From Patescibacteria group bacterium (GTDB lineage Bacteria; Patescibacteriota; Patescibacteriia; UBA1558; S5-K13), in NCBI GenBank assembly GCA_028692545.1, contig JAQUXC010000004.1, forward strand, positions 630-64,629: a stretch of DNA of 64,000 nucleotides, given 5' to 3'. Made by a program: the position numbers and the translations under genes. Below are positions 60,901-64,000 of the stretch, one piece after another. Below the pieces are notes generated by a model. That model was not told the origin of the DNA. It searched no databases and worked only from the letters and a program-made list of their open reading frames with translations. Each line of letters opens with the position of its first letter. Within the stretch, counting starts at the first letter, position 1.

Positions 60901-63126
60901 TTACTTAATATTTGTAGTTGTAGAAGTATTGTTGTATAAATATGAAGCTTTATTAAAATTTTCTTCTGCTTTATCATTCATTCCCTTTTCTTGATATAAT
61001 TTTCCAAGTTCTGAATAATATTTTGGGTTATTTTCATATTTTATAATATTTTCATACAAAAATATTCTCTGATCTGAATATCCATCTTCACCATATAACG
61101 CTATTGCCTTTTTTAAATCACCTAATAAAAATCTATGATTATGTTTTATAGCATTATCTATATTATCCAAGATTATTTTTTTATCAACGCTCATATATGA
61201 ATAAACTTCTCCAATCAACCAATAAGTTGTACCATATTTATCATTATATTTAAGAGCTGTTTGTAAGTCTTCTAATGCTTCATCCATTTTCCCTAGATTG
61301 AGATTTGCCCTAGATCTTAAGAAATAATTATGCAATTTCTGAGGAGATAATTCTATTGAATAATCTATTATTTTTTTTGATTCCTCTAAATTATTTTTAA
61401 ATTCATCACTATCTTGAGAAAACATACTAGCCTTACCCATATAAAGTCTAGCTAAATTAAGTTGCGTATAAGCATCTTTTGAATCCTCCTTTAGATATTC
61501 CTTATTTTTATCTATCAAAAAAATATATATATTATTAAAAATCTCCGCTTTTTCTTGACTATTTATTTTTGACATTGAGCTGGTTAGTATGTCAGTTGTC
61601 ATAGATACAGAATCTTTATTTAAATATCCAGGATAATTAAATAACTCTTCTATATTAGTATATATATCTGTAAAATCTGTACTTTGATGAAAACTTCTTT
61701 GTACAATATAATCTTGCTTTGCAATATTTAAATGATTCATATTCATACCAAGTACAAAATAAAAAACTATTATTCCAGCAAAAGAAATTATTATCCAGTT
61801 TGAATTACTTATTTTTTCCCACAACAATTTTTTATCAAAAACTTCATTATAGCTACTTTCAATATATGCAATTATAAAGAAAAACATTGTTGTAACTGCT
61901 AATGTATCAAATACAAACAAATTTTGTATAAAATAAGCTACTACTATAACTGCAAGAAATATAGAAAATATTTTTTCATCTTCATCTTGTTGAGTTTTAT
62001 GAATTTTAAAAAGATAATAAAAAAGAATAACAAATATTGATAAATAAGAAAGAATACCAAATATTCCAGTAGCTACCAAAGTTTCTACAACCATATTATG
62101 AGCCCTATCAAACCATACTTCAGTAGGGGCTATATTGTAATAATCAGCCTGAAAATATTTATCAAAAGCATAACCATAATTTTCCATTCCATAACCAAAA
62201 ATAGGTCTTTCTTTGAATGCTTGCCATCCTCCATTCCATGATATAAGTCTAGTTCTAACGGTACCTTCAGCAAAAGAAATATTAACAATTCTTTTTGTAA
62301 TTACATTATTTTTTACCCAATCAGCATCTTTGTTTGCAAAAGCTAATCCAAAAAATGTAATAATAGATAGCAAAAATACAATAAGTGAAATCTTTAAAAC
62401 TTTTGAACTACCTCTAAAAATAAAATATATTCCCAAAATCAATATAGCAGCCATTAAACCAACTTGAGCACCTCTAGTTTGAGTCAAAAACATAGCAGGA
62501 AGTTGTATAAATATATGAGTAGCAAAAATCAATTTAAAGTACCATTCTTTTTTTGTGACTAATAAATATAAAGACAACAAAACTCCCAAAATAAGAAGTC
62601 CTGCTGTATATGAAACATTACCCAAAACACTCTGAATCATTTGACCACCAGTTTGAAATACAAAGGACACATTCCATCTTTGTAAATATCCATAAAAAGC
62701 AATATAAGAGCAAAATATAAGTGAAACATTCAAAAATACAAACCACTCTTTTTTTGTTTTTAAAAAATTACTAAGCACTATAAAAAATAAAACCAAATGA
62801 AGCCATGTATTTATACCCCACATTCTTTCAAGGTCTCCAACAAATGATAGCTTTGGATTTAGTCCAAATATAGCTGTAATAATAGTTATAAATGTAAAAA
62901 TAATAATTGATAAAAGTAAAATGGATTTTTTTGGTCTATATTTTGGATAATATAAAGCTAATACAAGATAAAAAAATGACAATAACTCAACTAATATTCT
63001 AAATGGTATTGCTTTTGATGTAATATATGGAAATATCCATTCCCTAAATATCAAAGTACAACTTATAAAAACACCTACAATAAGTATGTTTATCACAATT
63101 CTTAAGTTCTTTTCTAAATTATTCAT
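60901..63126 (-). CDS. O-antigen ligase/oligosaccharyltransferase-like membrane protein with C-terminal TPR
   Basis: TQTRGA, RLISW, RPIFGYG, DRAHN, many TMs; TPR-like tail. Confidence 0.87.
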   Translation of the reverse strand: MNNLEKNLRIVINILIVGVFISCTLIFREWIFPYITSKAIPFRILVELLSFFYLVLALYYPKYRPKKSILLLSIIIFTFITIITAIFGLNPKLSFVGDLERMWGINTWLHLVLFFIVLSNFLKTKKEWFVFLNVSLIFCSYIAFYGYLQRWNVSFVFQTGGQMIQSVLGNVSYTAGLLILGVLLSLYLLVTKKEWYFKLIFATHIFIQLPAMFLTQTRGAQVGLMAAILILGIYFIFRGSSKVLKISLIVFLLSIITFFGLAFANKDADWVKNNVITKRIVNISFAEGTVRTRLISWNGGWQAFKERPIFGYGMENYGYAFDKYFQADYYNIAPTEVWFDRAHNMVVETLVATGIFGILSYLSIFVILFYYLFKIHKTQQDEDEKIFSIFLAVIVVAYFIQNLFVFDTLAVTTMFFFIIAYIESSYNEVFDKKLLWEKISNSNWIIISFAGIIVFYFVLGMNMNHLNIAKQDYIVQRSFHQSTDFTDIYTNIEELFNYPGYLNKDSVSMTTDILTSSMSKINSQEKAEIFNNIYIFLIDKNKEYLKEDSKDAYTQLNLARLYMGKASMFSQDSDEFKNNLEESKKIIDYSIELSPQKLHNYFLRSRANLNLGKMDEALEDLQTALKYNDKYGTTYWLIGEVYSYMSVDKKIILDNIDNAIKHNHRFLLGDLKKAIALYGEDGYSDQRIFLYENIIKYENNPKYYSELGKLYQEKGMNDKAEENFNKASYLYNNTSTTTNIK

Positions 63127-63192
63127 TTATTTTTCTATAATTATTAACTTATAAATATTCTATAATATATAATCTAAATAGGCAATTCTCTC

Positions 63193-63221
63193 CACGTCCG
63201 ACGTTGCCAACGTCGGACGTG
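63193..63221. repeat. REP-like palindrome upstream of the second RAYT
   Basis: cacgtccgacgttg-c-caacgtcggacgtg. Confidence 0.9.
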
Positions 63222-63317
63222 TGGTATATAGTATTGACTTTGATATATTCTGAAGTAAAATATAAACATGGGTCGCAAAAGCGATCTTTTTGTTTTAATA
63301 AATAAAGAAAAGCGATT

Positions 63318-63926
63318 ATGATAAGGAATATATTATCAAACAATATTTATCATGTTTATAATAGAGGAACTGAAAAAAGAAGAATTTTTTATAATCAAAG
63401 GGATTATAATTATTTTTTGAGTAGAATGTTTTTTTATAAAGATCAGTTTAAAGTAAAAATTTTATCTTATGCAATATTACCAAACCATTTTCATTTTTTA
63501 CTAGAAGAACCAACGTCGGACGTTGTTAACGTCCGACGTTGCAGTTACAAACCAAATACTAATCAATATCATGGATCAAAAATATCAAAGTTTATATCTA
63601 TTTTATTAAATTCTTATACAAAATATTTCAATAATAGACGAGAGCATTCTGGGAGAATTTTTCAAGGACCATTTAAATCTAAACTTATAAGTAGTGATAC
63701 TTATTTGCAAACAGTTTTTGTTTATGTAAATTTAAATCCAATAAAGCATGGGGTTGTAAATAATATAAATGACTGGCTTTATACTTCCCATCATTATTTT
63801 TCAGATAAATTTAATTCTGGAATAGTAGATAGTAATGATTTTATAGATAAAACTATCTATAAATCTATTATCAAAAATTATAAAGATAAAATAGAAAATA
63901 ATGACGTAGATTTGGAATTTGATTAG
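63318..63926 (+). mobile_element. RAYT-like HUH (Y1) tyrosine transposase
   Basis: YHVYNRG, IF...DY, LPNHFHFL (HUH), YTKYFN, GRIFQGPFKS, YVNLNP, W.YTS. Confidence 0.9.
63511..63541. repeat. In-frame REP-like palindrome inside the second RAYT
   Basis: caacgtcggacgtt-gtt-aacgtccgacgttg encoding PTSDVVNVRR. Confidence 0.88.
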
Positions 63927-63932
63927 TCACCA

Positions 63933-63959
63933 ACGTCCGACGTTGGCAACGTCGGACGT
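63933..63959. repeat. REP-like palindrome downstream of the second RAYT
   Basis: acgtccgacgttg-g-caacgtcggacgt. Confidence 0.9.
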
Positions 63960-64000
63960 GGAAATCCCCCAAAAAAACAAAATCTCCCACCCCGCAAAGC

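Noticed and set aside
63149-63343. 64-aa minus-strand ORF
   Set aside because: It spans the REP palindrome and the RAYT leader antisense; no independent evidence
1-64000. Recoded TGA (genetic code 25)
   Set aside because: Conserved genes are full length under code 11, and some end at TGA next to the following start (for example 46657)

Overview
Very AT-rich bacterial window using the standard code (TGA is used as a stop). Gene content suggests Patescibacteria/CPR (inference): uvrC-uvrA-uvrB, ppdK, typA, a solo trpB, a DEAD-box helicase, dnaX, a VirB4/TraD-like ATPase, corA, cysS, dus, rlpA, three tRNAs (Asn, Gln, Glu) and an 18-kb glycan cluster ending in an O-antigen-ligase/TPR gene. A RAYT-like HUH (Y1) transposase gene lies near each end of the window. 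The most notable signals lie outside the ORF track. (1) Many 17-60 nt GC-rich palindromic micro-elements are inserted without target duplication, sometimes nested, in frame in genes, or twice at the same target. (2) Each RAYT carries a palindrome in frame just after its HUH motif, and one palindrome family shows covariation. (3) Three cargo genes (fic, a P-type ATPase, a GIY-YIG nuclease) lie between duplicated ends of a neighbouring gene or tRNA. (4) A complete Trp leader-peptide attenuator precedes the solo trpB. (5) A candidate antisense sRNA covers the stop codon of an NYN RNase gene. No searches were run; assignments rest on motif recognition by eye.
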